This document shows positions 53,653-64,000 of a stretch of 64,000 bases of DNA, in pieces. A program made the translations under genes and the position numbers. How positions within the stretch are numbered: position 1 is the stretch's first letter; every line of letters begins with the position of its first letter. Where the stretch lies: positions 34,348,001-34,412,000 of the forward strand of contig NC_079165.1 in NCBI RefSeq assembly GCF_947568905.1, read 5' to 3'. Below the pieces are notes generated by a model. That model worked only from the letters and a program-made list of their open reading frames with translations. It was not told the origin of the DNA and did not search any database. This DNA comes from Ostrea edulis. Taxonomy: Eukaryota.

Positions 53653-53836
53653 TTAGCGCTGATTTGGCACGTACAGATTGTCTGGAACAATTGGTTGGTT
53701 GCACAAGCTACTTCCGCAACAAAATGTGCACGTGAAATATTCTGCCCTATAAGTTGCAGGATTATATCCGGAACATTCTTGTCTGTCGGAGGTTTGATCC
53801 CACCACTGAGTTTTACATTCTTTCTCGGTTGCACAT
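53653..53836 (-). CDS. LU/mucin protein, last exon (CATEKECKTQWWDQTSDRQECSGY...FTCTFCCGSSLCNQPIVPDNLYVPNQR*)
   Basis: attttag| acceptor, entered in phase 2 from the 57186 donor; CCxxxxCN motif typical of Ly6/uPAR folds; stop TAA. Confidence 0.85.
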
Positions 53837-53899
53837 CTAAAATATAAGGACCACCAAATTAACATAAACTTAAATAATTGAAGATTTTTTAAATTATTA

Positions 53900-54790
53900 T
53901 TTAGAGATATCATCAATTCATTTGATGCACGCAACAATTCAATTAAAGATCTCTTCTAATAATTTATGATATCTTCAATCTAATTAAAATTAGACTTGTA
54001 AATCTGCTTCTATATATACGATACGCTTAAATACAGTGATATCTCCAATTCTGAATTATTGTGCGCATTAATTGAATCGTTGATAGCATTAATTATTCTG
54101 CTGAATTGAGGCGCGGTATAATTGAATCGTTGCTCTCTTTAACAATTCAATTGAAGAGATCAATAATTCAATTATACCGCGCACCTTAATGCGCGCAATA
54201 ATTGAATCATTGCTCTTTCCAATATTGAATTGTTGCACCTGAATTAATGATATCATTAATTCAGTTGATGCGCACAATAATTCTGTTGGAGAGAGCAACT
54301 ATATCATAGCAATATCTTCAATTCAACATATCCACTATTGAATTAATGGTCTCTTTAAGTGAATTGTTGTTCTCTTTAAAACAATTGATGCCCGCATGCA
54401 TTCCTTATACAAAAGCGTTGCAAATGATTAAATATTTCTTCAATCGATTTAAAGAGATCATCAAATCATTTTTACCGAGCTCCAGATGCAACTTTGCTAG
54501 CAACAATTCCACTAGCTGCAGAACTGTAGCTCTCTGGAAAAAATATTGTGACTCTGTCCGTCACAATATTTTTTTTTCAGAGAGCTACAGTTCTGCAGCT
54601 ATAATTCCACCATATCAATTCGCGCACCAAGTGAATTGATGAGAGCAATATTGAATTGATGCGCGTATCAAATCAGTTGTTGCTCTTATCAATGGAATAG
54701 ATTAAAGTATTGCGCGAAATAACTGATTTGAAGAGAACAATAATTGATTTGATGCGCGCACTAATTTAATCGATGAGAGCGATAGTTGAT
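53900..54790. repeat. Low-complexity foldback-type repeat element (aattgaa/ttcaatt, gcgcgc motifs) with internal hairpins
   Basis: For example gcgcggtataattgaat (54111) pairs with attcaattataccgcgc (54166-54182). Boundaries approximate. Confidence 0.55.
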
Positions 54791-54832
54791 TTGTCGCGGT
54801 CCTCAATTCACTGCGTCATTATAAGGAATAGG

Positions 54833-56882
54833 AAGTTTGTTCTGATTATCATTGCCCCGTAGTACAGTAAGTTTGTTCTGGTTATTATTGTCTCATAGTC
54901 CAGTAAGTTTGTTCTGATTATCATTGCCCCGTAGTACAGTAAGTTTGTTCTGGTTATTATGGTCTCATAGTCCAGTAAGTTTGTTCTGGTTATCATTGTC
55001 TTATAGTACAGTAAGTAATGCCCCGTAGTCCAATACGACTGTTTTGATTAAATACAAGTTTTGATGATTAGAAACTATTCTTGCTCCATAGTCCAGTAAG
55101 TTTGTTCTGATTATCATTGCCCCGTAGTACAGTAAGTTTGTTCTGGTTATTAATGCCCCTAGTTCAATACGGCTGTTTTGATTAAATACAAGTTTTGATA
55201 ATTAGAAACTCTTCTTGCTCCATAGTACAGTAAGTTTGTTCTGATTATCATTGCCCCGTAGTCCAGTAAGTTTGTTCTGGTTATCATTGTCCCGTAGTAC
55301 TGTAAGTTTGTTCTGTTTATCATTGTCCCGTAGTCCAGTAAGTTTGTTCTGGTTATCATTGTCCCGTAGTACAGTAAGTTTGTTCTGTTTATCATTGTCC
55401 CGTAGTCCAGTAAGTTTGTTCTGGTTATCATTGTCCCGTAGTACAGTAAGTTTGTTCTGTTTATCATTGTCCCGTAGTACAGTAAGTTTGTTCTGTTTAT
55501 CATTGTCCCGTAGTCCAGTAAGTTTGTTCTGGTTATCATTGTCCCGTAGTCCAGTAAGTTTGTTCTGGTTATCATTGTCCCGTAGTACAGTAAGTTTGTT
55601 CTGATTATTATTGCCCCGAGTACAGTAAGTTTGTTCTGATTATTATTGCCCCGAGTACAGTAAGTTTATTCTGGTTATCATTGCCCCGTAGTCCAGTAAG
55701 TCTGTTCTGTTCTTGTTGTCTCACAGTACAGTAAGTTTGTTCTGATTATCATTGCCCCGTAGTACAGTAAGTTTGTTCTGGTTATTATGGTCTCATAGTC
55801 CAGTAAGTTTGTTCTGGTTATCATTGTCTTATAGTACAGTAAGTAATGCCCCGTAGTCCAATGCGACTGTTTTGATTAAATACAAGTTTTGATGATTAGA
55901 AACTATTCTTGCTCCATAGTCCAGTAAGTTTGTTCTGATTATCATTGCCCCGTAGTACAGTAAGTTTGTTCTGGTTATTAATGCCCCGTAGTCCAATACG
56001 GCTGTTTTGATTAAATACAAGTTTTGATAATTAGAAACTCTTCTTGCTCCATAGTACAGTAAGTTTGTTCTGATTATCATTGCCCCGTAGTCCAGTAAGT
56101 TTGTTCTGGTTATCATTGTCCCGTAGTACAGTAAGTTTGTTCTGGTTATCATTGTCCCGTAGTACAGTAAGTTTGTTCTGTTTATCATTGTCCCGTAGTC
56201 CAGTAAGTTTGTTCTGGTTATCATTGTCCCGTAGTACAGTAAGTTTGTTCTGTTTATCATTGTCCCGTAGTACAGTAAGTTTGTTCTGTTTATCATTGTC
56301 CCGTAGTACAGTAAGTTTGTTCTGTTTATCATTGTCCCGTAGTCCAGTAAGTTTGTTCTGGTTATCATTGTCCCGTAGTCCAGTAAGTTTGTTCTGGTTA
56401 TCATTGTCCCGTAGTACAGTAAGTTTGTTCTGATTATTATTGCCCCGAGTACAGTAAGTTTGTTCTGATTATTATTGCCCCGAGTACAGTAAGTTTATTC
56501 TGGTTATCATTGCCCCGTAGTCCAGTAAGTTCGTTCTGATTGTTACTGCCCCGTAGTCCAGTAAGTTTGTTCTGATTATCATTGCCCGTAGTCCAGTAAG
56601 TCTGTTCTGTTCTTGTTGTCTCATAGTACAGTAAGTTTTTTCTGGTTATTTTTGCCCCGTAATCCAGTAAGTTTGTTCTGATTATCATTGCTCCGTAGTC
56701 CATTAAGTTCGTTCTGATTGTTACTGCCCCGTAGTCCAGTAAGTTTGTTCTGATTATCATTGCCCGTAGTCCAGTAAGTCTGTTCTGTTCTTGCTGTCTC
56801 ATAGTACAGTAAGTTTGTACTGGTTATTATTGTCTCATAGGCCAGTAAATTTGTTCTGATCATTATTGCCCCGTAGTCCAAT
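54833..56882. repeat. ~2-kb 36-bp minisatellite (ccgtagtccagtaagtttgttctggttatcattgtc)n with an 829-bp higher-order duplication
   Basis: 12-aa periodic ORFs (MITRTNLLDYGT); identical ORFs at 55251 and 56080; a non-unit block gttttgattaaatacaagttttgat occurs 4 times. Confidence 0.95.
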
Positions 56883-57185
56883 AAGGCCGTTATGATTCTT
56901 ATTGTCCTTAATGGAGCCATAGTAAGAGTAAAAAAAATTGCATAGTCCTCTGAGACTAGAACAGACCTACTGTAAAAGGTCCGAAGATTTTTATGTGCAT
57001 GGATCAATGAAAGTGCGCTATCCAATAGCAATACACAAGCAATAATCACACAATAGAGAAATACATTTTCAAGGTTATCTTAGACTGTATAGACATTTCT
57101 GCTTAGTATAGGATACTATCTACCTATCTATATTGCTTCCACCCATCCATCTGTCTGTGTAGCTCTTTACAAATTATTTACTTAC

Positions 57186-57327
57186 CTTCGATCTAGTGTC
57201 CGTGATCCATCTTTATTGTTAACAAGGATGTTTAAGCAGTACTGCTGATCACTTCTGCCACATTGCAGCGGTGTGGAAAATTGTTCACAAACATAAATAG
57301 GCATGCCATTGCATAAATGGCAACTGG
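57186..57327 (-). CDS. LU/mucin protein exon (SCHLCNGMPIYVCEQFSTPLQCGRSDQQYCLNILVNNKDGSRTLDRR)
   Basis: tttgtttcag| acceptor and ag|gtaagt donor; C-x2-C-x7-C-x8-C-x7-C spacing resembles the N-terminal half of a three-finger domain. Confidence 0.85.
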
Positions 57328-57621
57328 CTGAAACAAAAAGGATACAGACATTGTAATTGTCTATTTTTAGCCTACTCGAGCTGGAGGATCAAGTGAGCTT
57401 CCCTGATTAATTGTCTGTCCGTAAACTTTTCTTTAGAACAAATTTCAACAAATATTGGCACAAAGCATTTCTGAATAAAGACAATTCAGGTTCGTTCAAA
57501 GGAGAGACCATACCTGCCTGTTTGGTTGTTGAAAAACTCATTTCAGAAACTACTGAACGGGTAAACCCCGTCCTTAAAGTGAAAGCTCCTAGTGAGTTTG
57601 AAGGATTGACCGTGACACAGA

Positions 57622-58049
57622 GGTGAATCACGTGACTATGTCGGAAAATGGCGGCGAAGGTCAACACAAGGAAACAGTAACATCGCTATCAATAACGAAT
57701 TGTCACATAACTTATATCAACATTTGACGGATTTTCTCAGGAACAAATGTATACTAAAACGGTAGTTTAATGTGCGATAGAAACAGAGAATATTGAGACA
57801 TTTTTTGTTCAGTCAAGAACTTCCCGACCGCTAAAAAAAATGTGTCAATAATGTTCTCTGCTTCTATCGCACGTAGAACTACCATTTTAGTAAAAACAAT
57901 TCTTAAGAAAATCTTTCAAATGTTGACATAAGTTATGTGACAATTCGTTATTGATAAAGGTGTTACTTATTCGTTTGAATGTTTCCCTGTGTTGACTTTC
58001 GTCGTCATTTTTTCGGGTAATAGGGCATGCCAAAGTCACGTGATTCGCC
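57622..58049. mobile_element. Foldback MITE with ~190-bp inverted arms and a ~25-bp loop
   Basis: gaatcacgtgact...ataacgaattgtcacataacttat...tgcgatagaaacagagaatatt pairs with aatgttctctgcttctatcgca...ataagttatgtgacaattcgttat...agtcacgtgattc. Confidence 0.85.
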
Positions 58050-58436
58050 ACCGTTCTTGTAGTGTATTCATCTCAAAACTAAATGGAATGAAATGAATAA
58101 AATCTTACGTTTAGTCACCTGTATATATAGTTAACCTCTCTTATTGTTTAAACTCAAATTCTTTGCCATATTTGAAGCCTGAGTTTTGTCTTCCGCCAAA
58201 GAGGTTGTAAAAGCTCGTTAGCAATAGTCTTCCAAGTAAATCGGGAGGGCTAAAATAAATATATTTACATTTCATGTCGGGCAAAAATTGGAACATTTCA
58301 CCAACCGACAAGAATTATTTTGGAGAGATTTAGAAGGGGGGGGGAACCACCACGAAATTCATTATCCTTGAAATGTTTCTATTAATGCACCTGTGCAAAT
58401 GTAACATATGAAGTACGTTTTGACTTTCCAGTTCAA

Positions 58437-58790
58437 CAGTTGCGGTAGCTCAGTGGTAGGGCGTGCGTTCGCTTCGTAACCGGGAGGTGGTGATTGCAAG
58501 CCCGCTCGTGCCATGACCACGTCAAACATAAGACGTAAACATAGGTAGACTACTGATTGCTCCTTCGCTAAACGCTCAGCATTTTGAAATAAGAATCAAA
58601 GGTCTTTTGAATATGACCTTTAAAACGGAGATCCTCTATCGCGGCAGGCGTTGGCCAGCATGTTAAAGAAGTCACACTGCCATGGCCCTGAGCGTTAAGC
58701 ATAGACCTTTTGTGGTACTTCGCCTACAACTGGTGACATCTCAGTAAGAGTGAAAAATTCTTGACGGGACATAAAACAAACAAACCAAAT
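58437..58790 (+). mobile_element. tRNA-derived SINE, full-length diverged copy (family A, tRNA head)
   Basis: gcggtagctcagtggtagggcg head, shared body and an (aaac)n tail. Confidence 0.7.
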
Positions 58791-58839
58791 CCATTTCAAA
58801 ATAGACCTTACCTAATTTAAGTAAAATAAACTTAAACTC

Positions 58840-59215
58840 AATCGAGACAGGCTACTGACAAACAAGTTGATGTTACAGGGGCTTCATTTAAAGCCAGCAT
58901 TTCACAGATTCTATGGTCGTTATAATGATCTAGTTTGCCAATACAACCTATCATTGGGTCAAATGTTGTATGACGTGTTTCATACCGATTGTTAGGCCGT
59001 TCTTGGCACACTGGTTTTGACTACGGATTACTCCGTGTACCTGATCAAGGCATAGGGCTCACAGCGGGTGTGACCGCTGACAGGGGATGCTTACTCTTCC
59101 TAAGCACCTGATCCCACCTCTGGTGTGTCCAGGGGTCCGTGTTTACCCAACTATCTATTTTGTATTGCTTGTAGGAGTTATGAGATTGATAACTGTTCGT
59201 TATCTTCATCTTTCC
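58840..59215 (+). mobile_element. 3' end of a Penelope-like retroelement (RT C-terminus relic plus UTR)
   Basis: LLTNKLMLQG..LKPAFHRFYGRYNDLVCQYNLSLGQML.DVFHTDC*, followed by a UTR whose end is also found reversed at 41170-41265. Confidence 0.65.
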
Positions 59216-59858
59216 TACTTAATTCAAGAATGTTTTAGGTCACATTACTTTAGTTTTTAATGATATGATGAGCTATACAGTAGATTCATATGTCTCTCTT
59301 TTTTCGAAACGAAGCTAAGCCATGATACAGTGTAAATGTAAGGGGAAATGAAACATGGCACCGCGATGTCTTCACACAGATTGATAAAGAGGTCACCCAA
59401 GTACAATTCTTTTGTAATTAGCCCAAATTATGTTGCTGGCATCATTGTCATAAACTGTTCACATGTCAGCCTTCTTCTCCAGAACCACTAGGGCCTGCAT
59501 GAAGGGTTCAAAGTTTATTCAAATGAATAGCTACATGTATCTCCCCTTCCAATTTAAAGATAACTGGGAAACCCTTGAATTGAAGTGGGATGTGTAATTC
59601 AGAAATTCAGAAATTTCGTGGCAGATAAGGAAATGTGGCGGACACTATAGAATCTGTCGACCTCTCCTATTTGCTACATACATTGTAGATGGGGTGACGA
59701 TTTCTGTTAAAGTGGTGGTTAAATGTCAAGGACAAATCAATCAATAGTGGATAAGAACTATTGAATAATACCATGTTTTGAGGGATGTCCAGCTTGTCTG
59801 TACCCTCACTACACTGAATGTGACGTTTGATTTTTCCTTTCACAATCTGCCATTTTAC

Positions 59859-59924
59859 CTTCAAATATGGTGTCCATATTCTCTGCAACTGTGTTGCAAA
59901 GCGATATTGATCTATATCCATCAA
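59859..59924 (-). CDS. LU/mucin protein linker exon (IDGYRSISLCNTVAENMDTIFE)
   Basis: aaatag| acceptor and g|gtaaaa donor; phase 1-1, joins the Thr exon to the 57327 exon in frame. Alternative nearby acceptors are possible. Confidence 0.6.
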
Positions 59925-59992
59925 CTATTTAGATTCTGATATTCACCCCAAATGAATGTTATATATACATGTAATTATATCTGTAAACGTAC

Positions 59993-60478
59993 TTGGTGGC
60001 TTAGGAGTAGTTGTTGTCGGTGTGGTAGTAGTAGTCGGTGTGGTAGTAGTTGTCGGTGTGGTAGTAGTAGTCGGTGTGGTAGTTGTTGTCGGTGTGGTAG
60101 TAGTAGTCGGTGTTGTGGTTGTTGTCGGTGTGGTAGTTGTTGTTGGAGTTGTTGATGGTGGTGTTGTCGGTGTTGATGTAGTGACTTCTGTCGTGGGTCT
60201 TGGGGTAGTCGTTGTTGTTGTTGGTGTAGTAATTGTTGTCGGTGTCGTGGTAGTTGTCGTTGTGGCACTTGTTGTCGGTGTTGATGTGGTGATTTCTGTT
60301 GTCGGTGCTGTGGTAGTTGTCGTTGTGGCACTTGTTGTCGGTGTTGATGTGGTGATTTCTGTTGTCGGTGCTGTGGTAGTTGTCGTTGATTTAGTCGTTG
60401 TTGGTTCCGGTGTTGTTGGCTTAGGTGTTGTTGTTGTCATTGGCATGGTGAAGTTAATTGGTACTGGAGTTGTTGTTG
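59993..60478 (-). CDS. LU/mucin protein Thr/Pro-rich mucin exon (~161 codons, TTPTTT repeats)
   Basis: tattacag| acceptor and a|gtacgt donor; phase 1-1; 18-bp and 63-bp internal repeats. Confidence 0.85.
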
Positions 60479-60665
60479 CTGTAATAGGTTTTAAAAATCT
60501 TCATTAAATTCTCGGTTTTAATCACCAGTTTATTTTCACCGCTCATATTTGTCATTGGGCAAATCTAAAGCAGATCTAACATTAAACGAGCATGTAACAG
60601 TAACTGTGGCGGATTGCAATCGTTAACTCAGTGTGTACATCGGTGAATGAGAAATGTTTACTTAC

Positions 60666-60710
60666 GACAATGATAATCATCGGGTAATGAGATAATTTCT
60701 AGACTGTTCT
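60666..60710 (-). CDS. LU/mucin protein small exon (KNSLEIISLPDDYHC)
   Basis: atttcag| acceptor and c|gtaagt donor; 45 nt, phase 1-1. Confidence 0.7.
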
Positions 60711-60763
60711 CTGAAATATACAAGATATTTCTGAGTCATTATAACATGTCAAGCTGCTATTTC

Positions 60764-60803
<40 letters not shown>

Positions 60804-61344
60804 TAGAAATATGTCTATTGGACATTATTGCCCCGCCCAATGTGACATTTGAAAGCTTTAATACAGTTAAATCACAGTTGTTTACAATTGATATCACACA
60901 TACATAAAAAATAAAACATTTCAAACAGCCTCCCTTATTAATTTAATGCAATGTTTTTATGGCAAAGTGAAGTGTTCTGATTAAAAATATTTTCACATTT
61001 TTTTTTCAAAATATTTTTCCTATCTTTAAACTTTTTGACTCAAGTATCACCCATTCTTTTCACTCTGAATATTATTCAAATATACCAAAATTTTGAGAAA
61101 ATTGCCATAAAGATAGATTTCAATTTTGCATTGGTCAAATGTTGCCTAGCTATCAATAGAATTTAGAAAGGTTATCATTATTCAAAATTACTTATATCAA
61201 AAGGAAAAAAACCCACAATTTATGCTCGCATGAAATGCAGACCTTCATTTATATACGTGGATATCACAAACGCACATGACAAACACGATATGCGCCGGCG
61301 ATATTCAGAAAGGGGCAAACAAATTCCTCATAACTTGCTTTAAA

Positions 61345-61595
61345 TTGTATATTGTTTAAGGTCCCGCTCAAGAATATTTCACTCATAAGGAGGCGTCACT
61401 ATTGCAGATAAAGGGTTGAAAAATTTAGGCCTATGTTTGGCGCTTACGACCTTTGAGCCAGGGATCTTTATTGTGCCACACCTACTGTGACACAGGACCT
61501 AGGTTTTTGCGGTCAGCCGATGGACCGCCTCATTTGTCACCTCTTACGACAAGCAAGGGGTACTGAGAACCTATTCTAACCCGAGTCCTCACGGG
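61345..61595 (-). mobile_element. SINE family A, non-tRNA-head variant
   Basis: Reverse complement of the 6352 and 40912 copies, with the same 5' start cccgtgaggactcgggttagaatagg. Confidence 0.75.
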
Positions 61596-62017
61596 CTAAA
61601 TTGCTTTGAAACTGAGCTAACCACTAGATAGGGAATAATGACAGGAAAGGTCAAGGTCACAAATAATGCCACAGTTGAATAACTACTACTAATATGCATC
61701 AGTGTAAGAGTTTTCATAAAATTTTTGTCAATAGTTACTTTGAAACAGAGAGTACTGTCAAAACAAAAATATAGGGAAAAGTAAGGTCAAGATCAAAGGA
61801 AATGTCAAGGTAAAAATATTGATACAGTTAAATAGATGTCACCAATATGTATCAGCATATAAGGTTTGATAAGAATCTTTGAAACTAAGCTAAACAGTAA
61901 ACACAAAGGGTGACGGAAGACGGCCATATTCATGGCGGGACATAAAAAGAGTCTCCATCATCATTTCTGAATGCATTGTAAGTTGTATTCAACCCGATGT
62001 CAATTTGACTTCTTTTT

Positions 62018-62227
62018 GATTGATTGATATTTTCCTCCACCCTCAACAATTTTTCAGTTATCTGGTGGCGCCCAGTTTTTATTGGTGGAAGAGAGAACCC
62101 AGATACAATGTACTTTCCGAAAGTAGACTGGGAAACTTTCTCACTTACCGGCGCGAGCGGCCGTTGAGAGTTGAGAGGCCGTGTGATTTTGAGTGCGATG
62201 CTCTAACCACCCGGTCACGGAGGCCCC
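62018..62227 (-). mobile_element. Second tRNA-derived SINE family (internally deleted copy)
   Basis: Reverse complement: ggggcctccgtgaccgggtggttagagcatcgcactcaaaatcacacggcctctc...actgggcgccaccagataactgaaaaattgttgag followed by an (atca)n tail. Confidence 0.7.
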
Positions 62228-62372
62228 CATCTTTTTTGTTTGATAAAAGATTGTCTCAGAATTAATGATGTACTTCAGGGTCGCAAAATGCACGTATATT
62301 TCGCATAAGTTTGCTACCATTTCGGATAAAATTATGTAAGTAGAGTAAAACCTTGTGCACCATTCTACATAC

Positions 62373-62610
62373 TTGCAGGGTTGTTAAAGTCAAATGCATT
62401 ACAGAAATCCCCATCACAACAATCTGCTTTAATCTGAATATGTCCATTAAAACTACGTCGTCGGCGCATGAGTGACCTCAAGATTGGGAATGGTGTCCTT
62501 TCAATGACATTATTTGGTGTGGTGGTTGGAACGTTGGTGGTTGTTGGGGCTTTGGTGGTGGTAGTTGTGGTGGTTCCTAGGATGTTGTTCTCACGAACAG
62601 CATCACACAG
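62373..62610 (-). CDS. LU/mucin protein exon (LCDAVRENNILGTTTT...RSLMRRRRSFNGHIQIKADCCDGDFCNAFDFNNPA)
   Basis: cttcacttag| acceptor (phase 0) and a|gtatgt donor; open for 79 codons; CCDGDFCN motif. Confidence 0.82.
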
Positions 62611-62904
62611 CTAAGTGAAGAAAGGTGCGGTTATTCCTTTTCAATGAAGATGGTTGAATTTGGTCGTGTTTTAATTTAATATCCTTTTTAATACCAAACT
62701 ACTGCTATCGGTAGAATATCAATATTGGTAAAATTTCTATGGAATTACATGTACATGTATATCAGTAGGTGTATAATTTTAGCTACAGCAATGTATAAAT
62801 AATCGTTTTAACTCTGTAAAATAAAATTGTATTTGTTTATAATATACGTCATTGACACTGTGCGATAAATAATTATTTTATAGTGGTCTACAAAGTGTAC
62901 ATGC

Positions 62905-62988
62905 CTGGTTACGTTCACATCTTTGTTGATGCACGATACTGGGGGATCCATCAGGGTTGATTCGTATTTCTTGAGTAAGTAAGCACCT
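62905..62988 (-). CDS. LU/mucin protein exon (RCLLTQEIRINPDGSPSIVHQQRCERNQ); probable GC donor
   Basis: ttattttcag| acceptor. Joined to LC.. it gives C..DGS..RC-x5-C, the same spacing as the C-terminal domain (C..DGS..RCATEKEC). Donor cag|gcatgt. Confidence 0.68.
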
Positions 62989-63258
62989 CTGAAAATAAGC
63001 AACAGCTAGACATTTTACCTTCAGAAATCTCCATATTAGATTAATGACGCCATGGTTAAAATTCGTGAGCATATTGTATACAATTGGCCAAAGGTTAAGG
63101 ACCATCGTACTATTAAATTAATGTACTGTAATTACATCATTATGCATTTACATAATTTAAAAAAAGGGATCAATTCAGGATAACAAAATAAAAACCTAAA
63201 GGGGAGAACAATTTTCCGGAAAGTTATATTGTTGTATTAACTTTTTTCTGTATGTACA

Positions 63259-64000
63259 GATAAGATAAGATAAGATAAGTTTATTCCAATTTTGGGCCCA
63301 GAGGGCATAACAGTAAGACATTTTATAAAGAAGGAAATTCAAAAAAGAAAGAAAGTTTACAACATTAACTACAGGTTACAGAGACTGCAAACTGCGTGTG
63401 GATGCAGCATATTGGGGAAACAAGTACATACATATATGAATTGCTAATCATGTATATATACAAGTAGATGGACAGTATCAGTATTATACCAATATATGAA
63501 TAATAAACTATAATGATTTTTGCAGTTTTAAAGCATTACTTCTTTTTCTGAAAGTTTGCACTAAATATTCACTCAATTTGACAATTACTGGTTTGTCTTC
63601 ATTAATCATCAACCAAGTAAATTTGTCCTTATTTGTTAGATAGATAAAAATTTTGTTGAGCTTGTATATACCATTAAAAAATATATTTCTCTCTTCAACA
63701 TAGAATGGGCAATCAGTAAGGAAATGAAATTCATCTTCAACACAATTAAGGTTACATAATTCACATATTCTTTTGTTTCTTTCTAAAGAAATCTTCTGGC
63801 CAGAATTGGTTTTTGTAAATTCATATCTTCCTCTTTCAATTCGAAGGTCATGTGCACTAATTCGAAATCTACATAGAGTTTTTCTTAATTCTAGGGATTC
63901 TAAAAATATATAACTTTCCATAGTAAAGTTTTCTTTATACGAAAAATATGTTGTGAGTTTTCCTGATTTCTGACCCTCTTCACGTCGTTTTGACCAGTAA
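63259..64000 (-). mobile_element. 3' end of a CR1/L2-type LINE (ORF2 C-terminus open to the window edge, 3' UTR, AATAAA, (CTTAT)n tail)
   Basis: KLTTYFSYKENF.MESY...RFRISAHDLRIERGRY...CELCNLNCVEDEFHFLTDCPFY with stop at 63508; AATAAA at 63280-63285 directly followed by the pentamer tail. Confidence 0.85.

Noticed and set aside
54833-56882. Repeat array with occasional interspersed blocks, superficially CRISPR-like; also long periodic ORFs
   Set aside because: The units are contiguous without unique spacers, the interspersed blocks are themselves repeated, there are no cas genes and the context is a eukaryotic intron. The ORFs are by-products of a 36-bp stop-free unit.
59952-60507. Poly-Val (+, 183 aa), Cys/Ser-rich (+) and Gln/His-rich (-) ORFs
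   Set aside because: They are antisense or alternative-frame shadows of the Thr-rich mucin exon; only the Thr frame has splice sites in phase with neighbouring exons.

Overview
AT-rich eukaryotic genomic DNA from a bivalve mollusc, probably an oyster (inferred from the repeat families and intron style). I could assemble three spliced protein-coding genes by hand from GT-AG boundaries and protein similarity. (1) Minus strand, left part: the 5' portion of a Slo2/KCNT Na+-activated K+ channel. Two shared exons (3703-3624, 2908-2815) are fed by at least three alternative ATG-bearing first exons (9160, 15943, 24790), all ending in a phase-2 donor. (2) Plus strand, 22839-48260: a complete 8-exon FAM20B glycosaminoglycan xylosylkinase (1281-nt CDS, 426 aa). 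Its 17-kb first coding intron contains the most distal Slo2 first exon, so the two transcription units would overlap head-to-head. (3) Minus strand, 62988-53653: the 3' part of an unnamed protein with two Ly6/uPAR-like Cys-rich domains flanking a Thr/Pro mucin stalk. It has a probable GC-AG intron and a polybasic RRRR site. Introns and intergenic DNA are dense with tRNA-derived SINEs, MITEs, Helentron-like elements, Penelope-like RT relics, a young CR1/L2-type LINE 3' end and minisatellites. There is no CRISPR, rRNA or intact tRNA. Most ORFs in the supplied track are spurious.
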